Part shown: piece by piece, positions 20,218-30,212 of the stretch
Layout: each line of letters begins with the position of its first letter
Numbering within the stretch: the stretch's first letter is position 1
Assembly: GCA_016928865.1 (NCBI GenBank)
Contig: JAFGJX010000069.1
Span: 40,151 to 104,150 of the forward strand
Source: Spirochaetota bacterium
GTDB lineage: Bacteria; Spirochaetota; UBA4802; UBA5550
DNA: 64,000 bases
Reading direction: 5' to 3'
Notes under the pieces: model-generated
Database searches by the model: none
Told to the model about the DNA's origin: nothing
Seen by the model: the letters and a program-made list of their open reading frames with translations, nothing else
Program-made: the position numbers and the translations under genes

Positions 20218-20799
20218 GTGAAGCTGGGAATATTCGGCGGTACCTTTAACCCGATCCATTACGGGCATCTCATCAATGCCGAAATCATCAGGTCCGACTT
20301 CGGACTGGACCGCGTCATCCTGGTGCCGGCGAAATATCCCGTGCACAAGAGGCTCGACGGTGAAACCCCGGCGGAAGAACGGTTCGCCATGGCGGTCGTC
20401 GCGGTGGCGGGCGCTCCGGAATTCGAGGTTTCACGGATTGAAATTGACAGGGAAGGGCCGTCCTATACGATAACCACGGTGCATGAATTGCTCGGACTCT
20501 ATCCCGGCAGCGAGCTGAACCTGATCATCGGGACCGATTCGCTGAACACCATCGGTGCATGGCGGGAGCCGGATCGACTCAGGGAGCACGTGGCCCTGAT
20601 TGTCATGCGGCGTCCGGACGGGGAGATATCCCCGCATCCCGATACCAGGGGCTTCAGGGTGAACTACGCTGAAAACCCGCTTGTCGACATCAGCTCCACA
20701 TGCATACGGGAACGGCTCCGCGCCGGTAAATCGGTCCGGTTTCTTCTTCCCGACGCGGTCATTGATTATATTAAGAAGAAGGGGTTGTACGTGCCTTGA
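20218..20799 (+). CDS. nadD: Nicotinate-nucleotide adenylyltransferase
   Basis: 'GIFGGTFNPIHYGHL' (HxGH nucleotidyltransferase motif) and C-terminal 'ISSTCIRERL' (ISSTxxR). GTG start. Confidence 0.9.
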   Translation: MKLGIFGGTFNPIHYGHLINAEIIRSDFGLDRVILVPAKYPVHKRLDGETPAEERFAMAVVAVAGAPEFEVSRIEIDREGPSYTITTVHELLGLYPGSELNLIIGTDSLNTIGAWREPDRLREHVALIVMRRPDGEISPHPDTRGFRVNYAENPLVDISSTCIRERLRAGKSVRFLLPDAVIDYIKKKGLYVP

Positions 20800-21908
20800 A
20801 ACGCAAAGTGCTGATAATCACGATCATCCTTCTTGTTGCGCTGGTTTCGGTTTTTATCTACTACTGCCATGGGCAGCGCACCAGGAACGCGGTGGAGGAG
20901 CTGATTCAGAAGAAAAAGATCATCAATATACTGGTGGCCGGCAGCAACGTCCTCAAGGAGCACAAGCATACGTTTTTCGCCATCATGAGCATAAATCCGG
21001 ATAACTATCGCATCGGTATAACTTTTATCCCGCCCGAGTTCAGGATTCATCTTGATGACAGCGGGGAAAGCATGGCCCGGATCGATGAAATGGTGGTGTT
21101 TAATTTCAACAGCCTGCGGCATTCCCTGCAGCGGGACCTGAAGCTGACCATCCCTTTTTACGTCGAGCTGTACGCAGCCGACGTGGAGCGTATAATCAAT
21201 CTCCTGGAGGGGGTCGATCTGTTCGTCCTTGAAAAGCCGAAGAACGGGCCCGCGATGAATTTCGGCGTCAATTATTTTGACGGGCGGAAGGCGATGCGCT
21301 ACATCAATGAGGTCGAGGAGAACTCGATATACCTCAAATACGACCGTATTCTTGATATACTCATGACGCTTTATTCCGGACGCGAGCGGTTGGAGCGCTT
21401 CAATACCCTGGCGTTTATCCGGGAGCTGATGAAGTCGATCAAGACCAACATGCTTCCCCAGGAGATGCTTCGGATCGGGGATATCATGCTGAAGAACGGC
21501 GACGTCATGGCCACGGTCCTGCCCGGTTTTTTCAAGGACGGCTATTACTTTATAGATGATATCACTTTCAGAATTTATGAAAAAGAATTTCTCGCACAGC
21601 TCATTGTGGATAAAAGCGAAAAGGAGATCGATGCGTCAATCAAGATAAAGATACTGAACGGCACCGATGTTCCCGGGCTTGCGAGAAAGATGCGTGAACG
21701 GATGATCCGCGAGGGGCTGAATGTTGTTGAATTCGGGACTTCCCCGTACCACATGATGAACAGGTCCATCATAATCAACAAGCGCGCGAATATCGTGGCG
21801 GTCGATCGCGTCGCGGAGCTCACGGGAATCCGTAATGTTTACCACAATATCGACAACACGCAGCTCCATAATATACTGATCATTATCGGCGAGGACATGG
21901 CAAAGTGA
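20796..21908 (+). CDS. LCP (LytR-CpsA-Psr)-like protein with LytR_C-type C-terminal domain
   Basis: N-terminal TM anchor and an LCP-like core ('INILVAGSN...FAIMSINPDNYRIGITFIPPE'). The C-terminal 'IKILNGTDVPGLARKMRERMIREGLNVV' is typical of LytR_C. The core match is weak. Confidence 0.6.
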   Translation: MKRKVLIITIILLVALVSVFIYYCHGQRTRNAVEELIQKKKIINILVAGSNVLKEHKHTFFAIMSINPDNYRIGITFIPPEFRIHLDDSGESMARIDEMVVFNFNSLRHSLQRDLKLTIPFYVELYAADVERIINLLEGVDLFVLEKPKNGPAMNFGVNYFDGRKAMRYINEVEENSIYLKYDRILDILMTLYSGRERLERFNTLAFIRELMKSIKTNMLPQEMLRIGDIMLKNGDVMATVLPGFFKDGYYFIDDITFRIYEKEFLAQLIVDKSEKEIDASIKIKILNGTDVPGLARKMRERMIREGLNVVEFGTSPYHMMNRSIIINKRANIVAVDRVAELTGIRNVYHNIDNTQLHNILIIIGEDMAK

Positions 21909-22267
21909 CGGAGAAGAATGATTTTCTGGAAAAAGAGATCGTCGAAATCATCAGGGAGTGCGCGCGCCTCCTGGAGGAAAAGAAGGGTGCGGATATCGTC
22001 ATCATGGACCTCCGCGAGGTGAACAGCTATCTTGATTACTTTCTGATAGTTACCGGGAACTCGCGGATTCACTGCCGCTCGATGGCGCGCGATCTTGAGA
22101 GGTTTGCCCATTCCCGGGGTCTGGGCGGCCGCGTAAAGCCGGATTACGAATCGGGGTGGATAATCCTCGATTTCAGCGAGCTGATCGTGCACATTTTTAC
22201 CCGGGAGATGAGGGAATATTACCAGCTGGAAAAACTATGGGGCGACGCGACACTGATAACCTTTTAG
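21905..22267 (+). CDS. rsfS: Ribosome silencing factor RsfS (iojap family)
   Basis: 'KGADIVIMDLREVNSYLDYFLIVTGNSRIHCRSMARDL' and 'WIILDFSELIVHIF'. It has the conserved position after nadD. Confidence 0.88.
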   Translation: MTEKNDFLEKEIVEIIRECARLLEEKKGADIVIMDLREVNSYLDYFLIVTGNSRIHCRSMARDLERFAHSRGLGGRVKPDYESGWIILDFSELIVHIFTREMREYYQLEKLWGDATLITF

Positions 22268-22356
22268 ATGCCCCCGGGATCGGCCGCTCGTGCCGGCCGT
22301 CAGCCGGCGGAGGCGGAGCTGCGAGGGTTGCCCGCGCGGCCGCTCTATGGGTCCTT

Positions 22357-22770
22357 ATGCTTGCCGCGGCATCCTTTCTGGCACGATGCGGTAAAACCGA
22401 GGAGCGGCTGGAGCGTATCGCTCCCGAGCACGTTGCGCGGGAATTTTTTGAAGCATGGAAAAGGCAGGACTGGAAGGGGCTTTCCCGGCTGACCCACCCG
22501 GCCTTCATGCAGAATCTGCGCATGCAGAAATTGTCCCCTGAGCAGATGGCGATGAGCGACGAAGAGCTGTTTGTCAGCGAGTTCATCCGCGTGCAGCGTA
22601 TGAATCCCGCTAAAACCCTGAAATCGTACAGAATCAGGTCAATAACGCCGTACAAGCGGGGGGATACCACCGTCTGGCTGGACGCGATCGTCAACGGGAG
22701 GCAGAGAACAATTCCCTTGACACTGGACGGGCTTTCATTGAAAATTGACCTGACCAGAATCAAGTATTGA
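22357..22770 (+). CDS. Small secreted/lipoprotein-like protein, NTF2-like (DUF4878-like) guess
   Basis: The ORF is open from 22156 but overlaps rsfS there. The internal ATG at 22357 gives the leader 'MLAAASFLARCG'. 'EFFEAWKRQDW' resembles NTF2-like lipoproteins. Both start and function are uncertain. Confidence 0.5.
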   Translation: MLAAASFLARCGKTEERLERIAPEHVAREFFEAWKRQDWKGLSRLTHPAFMQNLRMQKLSPEQMAMSDEELFVSEFIRVQRMNPAKTLKSYRIRSITPYKRGDTTVWLDAIVNGRQRTIPLTLDGLSLKIDLTRIKY

Positions 22771-22788
22771 AGCCTGTCGTTAAAGGAC

Positions 22789-23187
22789 GTGACTGAACGC
22801 CGGAATCGATCCGGATCGATGATAGATAACCAGTGGGGGTATGGGCCTGTGCTGAATGTCGACTGTACCGAACATAATGATGTATATATAATATCGCTCA
22901 AGGGCGATCTGCTCTTCAATGAGCTGGACGATGCTGAGAAATTGTTCATGGAGAAAATCGCGTTAAAGCCGCGGGTCATAGGATTGAATTGTAAAAGCCT
23001 TGTCAGCCTGGATTCCTCAGGACTGGGTCTTTTCATCAAGTTCAAGAAGGAATCTGAAAAATCGAACACCAGGCTGTTGTTTCTGAATATAACCGACCAT
23101 ATCTCCACCCTGTTTGACGCATCGAAGCTGGACAGCATGTTCGAGCTGATGTCGGAGTCGGATTTTAAAAAGACCTATCTGTCATGA
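22789..23187 (+). CDS. STAS-domain anti-sigma-factor antagonist (SpoIIAA-like)
   Basis: 'ISLKGDLLFNELDDAEKLF...LNCKSLVSLDSSGLGLFIKF...LLFLNITDHISTLFDASKLD' matches the STAS layout, including the phosphorylatable Ser context 'LDSSGLG'. Confidence 0.8.
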   Translation: MTERRNRSGSMIDNQWGYGPVLNVDCTEHNDVYIISLKGDLLFNELDDAEKLFMEKIALKPRVIGLNCKSLVSLDSSGLGLFIKFKKESEKSNTRLLFLNITDHISTLFDASKLDSMFELMSESDFKKTYLS

Positions 23188-23214
23188 CAGGAAGATGACC
23201 CGGGTGCGGTCCGG

Positions 23215-25716
23215 CTAATTATGGAGGCCTGTGATCACCGCCTGGAGGTCATCCACGGTATACGGCTTTGCAACGACCCCGCTGAAACCGTAATCGCGAT
23301 AGCTGGCCATGACCGGGTCATTTGAATAGCCGCTTGAAACGATCGCCTTGATTTCGGGATCGAACTCCTTCAGCATCTTGATGGCCTCCTTGCCTCCCAT
23401 CCCGCCCGGGACCGTCAGGTCCATGATCACAAAATCAAATTTTTTCCCCGAGAGCTTGGCCCGGCGGTATAATTCTATTGCCTCCTTGCCGTCATGAGCA
23501 GTCTCGGTCGCGAAACCGAGCCGGTTTAAGATCTTCTGCCCCACGACGAGCACCATCTCTTCGTCGTCCATGATCAGGACTCTGCCGGTATTCAGGGGGG
23601 GGGCGTTCGTCCGGTCGGCGACTACGGCGATATTCTCCTCCGTCGCCGGCAGCAATATGGTAAAGGCTGTGCCATGACGCTCGGTCGATTCGACGGCTAT
23701 ATGTCCGCTGTGCTTCTTGATAATGGAGTAGGTGACCGAAAGGCCGAGACCCGTCCCCTTGTCCTTGGTGGTGAAGAAAGGATCAAATATTTTGTGCAGG
23801 TGCTTCTTGGGGATGCCGTAACCGGTGTCACTGATGCGTATTGATATGAATTTCCCGGACTCGATCGGAAGGTTGTCTTTCGCCGAAATGGTGCGGTTTT
23901 CCGCTGCCACCGAGACTAAACCCCCGCCGGGCATGGCCTCGCGCGCGTTCAGGGCCAGGTTGTGAATCACCTGGCTGATCTGCCCGACGTCGATCTCCGC
24001 GTTCCAGAGCTTTTCGGGGATTGAGAATGTCGTCTTTATCTGGGACCCCCTGAGCACGAATTCGACCGTATCCACCAGAAGATCGCGGATCGATGCGATT
24101 TTTTTAATGGGCGCGCCGCCTTTCGAGAAGGTCAGGAGTTGCATCGTGAGGTCCTTGGCGCGCTCCGAAGCCTTCTCCGCCTCGTTCAGGATATCGCGGT
24201 TTTTTGAGTTCCTGGGCAGGTCGAGCTTCGCAATCGAGATGTTCCCCATGATTGCGGTGAGGAGGTTGTTGAAGTCATGCGCAATGCCTCCGGCGAACAC
24301 GCCGAGCGATTCTATCTTGCTTGTCCTCAGCAGCTCGTGTTCCGTCTGCTTGCGCTTGGTGATATCGTGGACAATCGACCACGTTCCCGTATTTTCTCCC
24401 TCCTCGTTCTGTATGAGGTATATCCTGAGTTCGACCGGAACGATCGAGCCGTCCTTTCGTATGTATTCCTTCTCGAATGTTTCCGAGTGTCCCCTGGTCA
24501 GAACCTGCTCCCTTATGATCTTCTTCTGTAAATCGTGAAACCGGTGCGGGGTCAGGTCCCATATGGTCATGGCGTACAGCTCGGCCGCCGTGTGCCCGGT
24601 CATTTTTATGTAAGCCGTGTTGAACTCGAGTATTCTCCCTTCCATGTCGAGGCTGACGAACCCGTCCATCATGCTGTCGTAGAGCTTGCGGTATCGCCTC
24701 TCCGAGGCCTGGAGGGAGCGCTCGATGATTTTCCTGTTCGTGATGTCGTCGAAGAGCATGAGCCCCCTCCCGCTCCGGCCGAGGGGGGCGTAGCGGATCA
24801 TGGCGTCGCAGAGCGAGCCGTCGCTGGACATGACCTTGGTTTCGATGGAGTTGACCGGGTTGCCTTCCGCGGCTTCATGCATGATTATGCCGAACTCGGC
24901 CTTTATAAGTCTGCGGTACCCCTCGTCCGGGTAGGCCGTCTCCCACAGACGTTCTATGGTGGGGATGTCCTCCTTGCGGTAGCCGAACGGAGGCTCCTTT
25001 GCGCTGTTGGGGAATTCAAGGGTGCCGTCCTGGTTGACAATGATAGTGAACTGGGGCGATTCCTCGACCATTCCCCTGAACAGCTCCTCGCTTTTTCTGA
25101 TCTCGTCTTCCGCCTCCTTGGCGCGTTCCAGCGACAGCCTGTTGACGGTGAAGAGCTGGTAGGATACGACGCCGCTCATGAAGAAGGCGATCATGATGTC
25201 GATGAAGTAGGTTGCTATCGTGCTCGTGGGGATTGACGCCACGACCCAGACACGGTTTAAGAATATGACGAGAAGGACCATGTTTATTGCGAAGTAGCCT
25301 ACAATGGTATGCCTCATCCGAACGACTATAAGCGGGATGAAGTTCAGGATCGTGATCAGGAGGAGCAGGGATGACAGCCGGTCAATGTAATTGGCGGCGT
25401 TAAGGTCAAGAAAAATAAATGTCCATAGAGACAGGAGGCAGAGGATGAGAAACAGATGCGCTGCGGCGATGAAGCGGCCCGTATACAGAATGCCGAGCGT
25501 CAGCAAGAGCAGTCCATTAAGAAAAAGCAGAAGGATCTTGCGGTTCAGTGGCCAGCCATATCTGAATGAGAGCGTCGTGTAAATAGGAACAATCAGCAGG
25601 GCGATTGAACAGATGATCCAGAAAAGGATCCTGGCCTTTTTTTGAATAATGATGTTCTTGTCGAAGTAATTTTTCAGGAAAAATGAGGCGATGGCATTTA
25701 AAATCTCCATATGCAT
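23215..25716 (-). CDS. Hybrid sensor histidine kinase (multi-TM sensor, 2 PAS, HisKA, HATPase_c, receiver)
   Basis: H-box 'GGIAHDFNNLLTAIMGNI', N-box 'HNLALNAREAM', and G-boxes 'DTGYGIPKKHLHKIFDPFFTTK' and 'GTGLGLSV'. The C-terminal receiver carries 'VLIMDDEEMV...DFVIMDLTVPGGMGG'. Confidence 0.92.
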   Translation of the reverse strand: MHMEILNAIASFFLKNYFDKNIIIQKKARILFWIICSIALLIVPIYTTLSFRYGWPLNRKILLLFLNGLLLLTLGILYTGRFIAAAHLFLILCLLSLWTFIFLDLNAANYIDRLSSLLLLITILNFIPLIVVRMRHTIVGYFAINMVLLVIFLNRVWVVASIPTSTIATYFIDIMIAFFMSGVVSYQLFTVNRLSLERAKEAEDEIRKSEELFRGMVEESPQFTIIVNQDGTLEFPNSAKEPPFGYRKEDIPTIERLWETAYPDEGYRRLIKAEFGIIMHEAAEGNPVNSIETKVMSSDGSLCDAMIRYAPLGRSGRGLMLFDDITNRKIIERSLQASERRYRKLYDSMMDGFVSLDMEGRILEFNTAYIKMTGHTAAELYAMTIWDLTPHRFHDLQKKIIREQVLTRGHSETFEKEYIRKDGSIVPVELRIYLIQNEEGENTGTWSIVHDITKRKQTEHELLRTSKIESLGVFAGGIAHDFNNLLTAIMGNISIAKLDLPRNSKNRDILNEAEKASERAKDLTMQLLTFSKGGAPIKKIASIRDLLVDTVEFVLRGSQIKTTFSIPEKLWNAEIDVGQISQVIHNLALNAREAMPGGGLVSVAAENRTISAKDNLPIESGKFISIRISDTGYGIPKKHLHKIFDPFFTTKDKGTGLGLSVTYSIIKKHSGHIAVESTERHGTAFTILLPATEENIAVVADRTNAPPLNTGRVLIMDDEEMVLVVGQKILNRLGFATETAHDGKEAIELYRRAKLSGKKFDFVIMDLTVPGGMGGKEAIKMLKEFDPEIKAIVSSGYSNDPVMASYRDYGFSGVVAKPYTVDDLQAVITGLHN

Positions 25717-25805
25717 GTATTCTAACGCGGGTTGATTAAAATGTCAAGTCTATTGCATGATCGTGAAAGCTTTTTCACAGACGGCCGTCGGTGTTCGTGC
25801 GCCGC

Positions 25806-26918
25806 CTAACGCGCTCCAGCTTGCCGGGATGGATGCGTTTTACCCCTGGTAAAGAGTATCAGGTATAGAAAAGTGCCGTATGAAACGACCGCCATGATGG
25901 AAAAAAGGCGGGAATAGAAGCCGAGTGGCGCGATAACGGTTACGATGATCCAGTGGAAGAGGATTATCCTGCCGGAATGGAGCCGGATAGGGAAATCCTC
26001 GCGCCTGCTCAGCACCGCCAGGCCAGTCAGGTTCCATCCGTAAAGGGATATCAGGGCGTGCAACCTGAGCAGCAGTTTTCCGCCCGGAGGCTCGGGAATA
26101 AACAGGTAAAGCAGTATATAGAGTATACCGGTGATGGCGGTCATGATCAGGAATGCGATGCCCGATGTGAGAAAGGACTTGGGCTGGTTGCCGGCGCTGA
26201 GCTTCAGGTAGAGAAAAAAGACCACACAGACAGCGAGAAAGAGGGAAAGTGCGATCACGAGTTCGGCAATCAGCATCTCGAGGAGAATGAAGATGAAGAA
26301 GATAATGACGCCCAGGTTTACCGCCCAGAAGGCGTATTCCTTTAGCAGGCGCGCGGGCAGACCGCCGCGCTTTTCCATCATGCCGAACATGAGGGACATG
26401 GTTATGAGCGAAACGGGAAAGGAGAAGCCGAGGAAGAAGATGTCGAGCGTGAGCTTCGGGGATGCGGCGACCTTCCAGTATTCCTGGTTGGCGATCACGA
26501 GCGACGATATGACCAGGCCCAGCGACAGGCAGAGAAGGGCGGCCTGATGGAATTTATCATGAACGGGCGTCCGCCAGCGGAAAAAATCGAACGGAAAGAG
26601 GGAGAACCTCCGCACGCGGACCGTTTCCACCAGCAGGGCCAGCACTATGGCGGCCGCGACCGCGTAGCGATAGAGCGTGAAAAAGGCGAAGACGGCATAC
26701 AGAAGAGACAGAATATAAAAGGCGGCCGTGCGCGGCGAGAGGGCGCGCTTCCCCTCGGAAAAGACGAGCAGGAGCGTGCCGCCTCCGCAGAGATTGAAGA
26801 GGAATATATGGAGCCGCTCAAAGTTGTGCCCAGGTATGAAGAGGTGGAGGAAGCCGAACATGAGGGCCGCCGTCAGGGTTATAAGGATCAGGTATTTAAT
26901 CGGTCTGTTCATGGTCAC
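25806..26918 (-). CDS. Polytopic integral membrane protein, unknown function
   Basis: 370-aa ORF that is almost entirely hydrophobic helices (roughly 10). Its start overlaps the stop of the upstream TIGR01777 fusion gene by 4 nt. Confidence 0.65.
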   Translation of the reverse strand: MTMNRPIKYLILITLTAALMFGFLHLFIPGHNFERLHIFLFNLCGGGTLLLVFSEGKRALSPRTAAFYILSLLYAVFAFFTLYRYAVAAAIVLALLVETVRVRRFSLFPFDFFRWRTPVHDKFHQAALLCLSLGLVISSLVIANQEYWKVAASPKLTLDIFFLGFSFPVSLITMSLMFGMMEKRGGLPARLLKEYAFWAVNLGVIIFFIFILLEMLIAELVIALSLFLAVCVVFFLYLKLSAGNQPKSFLTSGIAFLIMTAITGILYILLYLFIPEPPGGKLLLRLHALISLYGWNLTGLAVLSRREDFPIRLHSGRIILFHWIIVTVIAPLGFYSRLFSIMAVVSYGTFLYLILFTRGKTHPSRQAGAR

Positions 26919-28276
26919 TTCCCCAGCAGGAATTTCAGGGCCGCTTCCAGGTCCCGGTGCAGGAACCTGAACCCGTAATTTTCGATTTTTCGCGAGGATA
27001 CGCGCGCGCCCGAGAGCAGTACTTCGCGTCCCATCCTGCCGAAAGCCAGGCGCACGGCCCAGGCCGGAACGCGGAAGGGTGCGGGTCGGCGAAGGACGCG
27101 GGCGAGCGTGCGCACGAACTGGCGGTTTCGCGCCGGCGCGGGCGCGACGACGTTCACCGGACCGCTGATATCAGGTCGCAGCAGCACATGCTCGATAGCG
27201 CGGACCATGTCCTCCATTGATATCCAGCTTATGTACTGGTCGCCGCTGCCCAGGGCGCCTCCCAGCCCCAGGCGGCCCGGCAGGAGGAATCTTCGCAGGG
27301 CCCCGCCGGACGGGTGGAGCACGACGCCGATGCGGAGCAGCACGACCCGTATGCCCCGGTCCGCGGCGGGCTGCGCCGCCCGCTCCCATTCACGGCACAC
27401 GTCTGCGATAAAGCCGGTCCCCGGCGCATCCTCTTCTGCGAGGAGCGCGTCGCCCCTGTCGCCGTAATAGCCGATCGCTGATGCGCTGACCAGGACCGCG
27501 GGAGGCTGCTCGAGCGAAGCGAGCCGTTCGGCCAGAAGGCGTGTGCCTGCCGCGCGGCTCCGGATGATGGCGCGCATCTTCTTTTTTGTCCACAGGCCCT
27601 CGCCGATCGGCTCGCCGGCAAGGTGTATCACGGCATCGGCGCCGGAAAAATTATGGTCAAGGGTCCCGCGCTCCGGGTCCCACTCCGCAACGCTTTCCCC
27701 GCGCCCGGTTCCGCGCACCAGCCTGGTGATACGGTGCCCCCGTGTCATCAGATAGGGGAGCAGGCAGGAACCGATAAGGCCGCTCGATCCCGAGATCACG
27801 ATAGCAAGGGGCCGCTCCGGCTTCCGGAGCATAATGTCCTCGCCGGTGATACGATGCCGGTATTCGAACATCCTTTCCAGGCGCCTGCGGATGATCCGGC
27901 CGACCAGGGGGTGCGCCAGGCGATGGAGCCTCAACCGGTACTCGATCGCGTCTTCGAGAATACACGAACCCTCCGATTCGGGAATAAATCGGTGTGTGTG
28001 CCGCCATGCTGAAAAGGGACCCGTTACCTGGACATCGGTAAAACTCCGGCTTTCAATCACATCCTCGTTAATTGCCGCCCAGCGCAGGGAGAGGGGGCCC
28101 GTCTTCAGGTAGAAGACGGTGCGCGAACCTTCGGCCAGCGGCTCCCGCTCGACAACGGTGACCTTTTCCCACGGAGGCGTAAGCCGCTCGAGGGCGCCGG
28201 GGTTCCGGTGCCAGGCAAAAAGCTCACCGGCTGATACCGGGAACGAGCTCCGTCTGATGAAGGTTTCGCTCCGCAT
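26915..28276 (-). CDS. SRPBCC-domain / TIGR01777 (YfcH-like, DUF1731) NAD-dependent epimerase-family fusion protein
   Basis: N-terminal SRPBCC-like ~140 aa ('FAWHRNPGALERLTPPWEKV', 'FSAWRHTHRF'). This is followed by the Rossmann motif 'IVISGSSGLIGS' and a DUF1731-like tail ('SSRKIENYGFRFLHRDLEAAL'). Confidence 0.8.
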   Translation of the reverse strand: MRSETFIRRSSFPVSAGELFAWHRNPGALERLTPPWEKVTVVEREPLAEGSRTVFYLKTGPLSLRWAAINEDVIESRSFTDVQVTGPFSAWRHTHRFIPESEGSCILEDAIEYRLRLHRLAHPLVGRIIRRRLERMFEYRHRITGEDIMLRKPERPLAIVISGSSGLIGSCLLPYLMTRGHRITRLVRGTGRGESVAEWDPERGTLDHNFSGADAVIHLAGEPIGEGLWTKKKMRAIIRSRAAGTRLLAERLASLEQPPAVLVSASAIGYYGDRGDALLAEEDAPGTGFIADVCREWERAAQPAADRGIRVVLLRIGVVLHPSGGALRRFLLPGRLGLGGALGSGDQYISWISMEDMVRAIEHVLLRPDISGPVNVVAPAPARNRQFVRTLARVLRRPAPFRVPAWAVRLAFGRMGREVLLSGARVSSRKIENYGFRFLHRDLEAALKFLLGK

Positions 28277-28292
28277 GGGTCAGGCCCGCCGG

Positions 28293-29216
28293 TCACCTGG
28301 CGGGATTCTGTTGGAATATGGCGGTAAGGGCGGCTTCGATGTCAGGATACTTGAATTCGAACCAGAGGTCGAGGAGCCGGCGCGGAACCGCCCGCTGTCC
28401 CCGCAGAAGGAAGTCCCCGAATTCTCCCAGGGCCAGCTTTAGGATAAAACCGGGGGCGGGCGGCACGAGGGGGAAGGTGCCCAGCGCCCTGTTTAACGCC
28501 TTTGTCAGCTCCCGGTTGGTCACCGGTGTAGGCGCGGTGATATTGACCGGACCGGTGATCTTCCTTTTTTCCAGAAGATAGAGGAACGCCGCGACAAGGT
28601 CGTCGGCGTGTATCCAGGAGAACCACTGGCGGCCGGATCCGAGGCGGTTGCCCAGCCGCATTCTGAACAGTCTGGCAAGCAGGTCGAGGGCACCGCCGCC
28701 GGAATCCAGAATCACGCCGAAGCGGGTGATGACGACGCGGCTGCCTGAATCGGCTGCCTTCATCGCCTCCGTTTCCCAGTCGCGGCAGACCGAGGCCAGG
28801 AAGTCTTCGCCGGGGATGTCGTTCTCGGAGAGCATCTCGTCGCCGTGGAAGCCGTAATAGCCGACTGCCGAGGCGGAGAGGAGGTCCGGCTTTGCGCCCC
28901 TGATTTTCTTCAAACCGTCAGCGACGTTGCGGGTGATCAGGATCCGGCTGTTATAGATGTCGTCTTTTTTCTGCCCGGTCCACCTGCTGAATATTGAAAC
29001 GCCGGCAAGGTTGATTACCGCGTCGTGTCCGGCGATGGCGTCCTGCCAGGAGCCGGGCATGGACGCATCCGCCGTTATTACGGAAACACCCTGCGGCGGG
29101 GCCGGCTTATTGCCCGGATTTCGCTCTATTACGGTAACCCGGTGGCCCTGCGCGGTGAGCGCTGCCGAGAGTTTCGTTCCGACAAATCCAAGTCCGCCAG
29201 TAATAAACAGCTTCAT
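28293..29216 (-). CDS. TIGR01777 (YfcH-like, DUF1731) NAD-dependent epimerase-family protein
   Basis: 'MKLFITGGLGFVGTKL' Rossmann motif and the tail 'RAVPRRLLDLWFEFKYPDIEAAL'. Confidence 0.85.
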   Translation of the reverse strand: MKLFITGGLGFVGTKLSAALTAQGHRVTVIERNPGNKPAPPQGVSVITADASMPGSWQDAIAGHDAVINLAGVSIFSRWTGQKKDDIYNSRILITRNVADGLKKIRGAKPDLLSASAVGYYGFHGDEMLSENDIPGEDFLASVCRDWETEAMKAADSGSRVVITRFGVILDSGGGALDLLARLFRMRLGNRLGSGRQWFSWIHADDLVAAFLYLLEKRKITGPVNITAPTPVTNRELTKALNRALGTFPLVPPAPGFILKLALGEFGDFLLRGQRAVPRRLLDLWFEFKYPDIEAALTAIFQQNPAR

Positions 29217-29397
29217 GAGCGCCCCCTGTATGCTGTCTTAGTGCAGCATGCTGCGGACGGGTATGTCAATATATTTTTGTAACAGCCATTCCCCGGGCAG
29301 TACATATGATATATGCGCGCTGTCCGCATGGTAATTAATTTGACATTTTTTATATATCGGGCGATCAATCACCATCTATGTTTCCGGAGTATGATCC

Positions 29398-30084
29398 ATG
29401 AAAAAAGCCGTTATTATTTCAATTTGCGTCGCCGCGGTGGCGCTCATCTATTTTCTCAGCGGAAAGGATGAGGATAAGGTGAAGACGAATACCGCGCTTC
29501 TTTCCGACGCAGTATCAGGAGCAGACGGAAAGTCCCGCACCAGGGGGATCGTTACCCGGGAGACCGGCCCCGGCGAAGATGAAACGGGCTGGCCGTATAA
29601 AGCTGCGGGCGAGGAAACGATCAGGATGGATAGCGGCGAGTCTGTTCCGGCACAGGAAAATACTGCATCTTTCAGAATACAGGGAGAGCCCGACACTCAG
29701 ACCTATGCCTCGGTAGCCAATTTCACGAAAATCTCCGCTTCCCCGCAGTTTACCGGCTATCTCGTCAATTTTGCCGCAAACTTTGAAAAGATCAACGTGT
29801 CCAATCAATCCACCTACCGTCACGTGATCTCGATGATGCTTCCCACCGATGTCACGCCCGGCGTCTACAATGAAAAATCGAGCCCTTTCATCGTGCAGTT
29901 TTTCGGCTCCGAAAGCGGTGTGCTGTACACGCTCGATTATAACCACTCCTTTTCTCTTTCAATCGACGAATGGGGCGGCCCCGGCGGAAGGGCCCGTGGC
30001 ACCTTCTCCGGCGAATTGAAATCCGCCAATGGGACCGAAGTGATTCAGATCCGTGATGGCAGCTTCAACGTGGGAATAAAGTAG
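29398..30084 (+). CDS. Hypothetical secreted/membrane-anchored protein
   Basis: 228-aa ORF with N-terminal signal-anchor 'MKKAVIISICVAAVALIYFLSG'. It has no catalytic motif. Confidence 0.55.
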   Translation: MKKAVIISICVAAVALIYFLSGKDEDKVKTNTALLSDAVSGADGKSRTRGIVTRETGPGEDETGWPYKAAGEETIRMDSGESVPAQENTASFRIQGEPDTQTYASVANFTKISASPQFTGYLVNFAANFEKINVSNQSTYRHVISMMLPTDVTPGVYNEKSSPFIVQFFGSESGVLYTLDYNHSFSLSIDEWGGPGGRARGTFSGELKSANGTEVIQIRDGSFNVGIK

Positions 30085-30212
30085 TCCCTTTTCCCTCTTG
30101 ACTTATTTTCCAGCCAGCCGAAAAATGTACACAGAACCGCCGCGTTTGTATGCGTCTGCGATCACATCAATGGATGCGACGGTGAAATGCGCTCCATCTT
30201 TCGAGGTATGAT

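Noticed and set aside
22156-22356. Long N-terminal extension of the 22156-22770 ORF overlapping rsfS.
   Set aside because: The extension overlaps the well-supported rsfS gene by >100 nt in another frame and is Gly/Ala/Arg-rich. The internal ATG at 22357 gives a plausible signal peptide.
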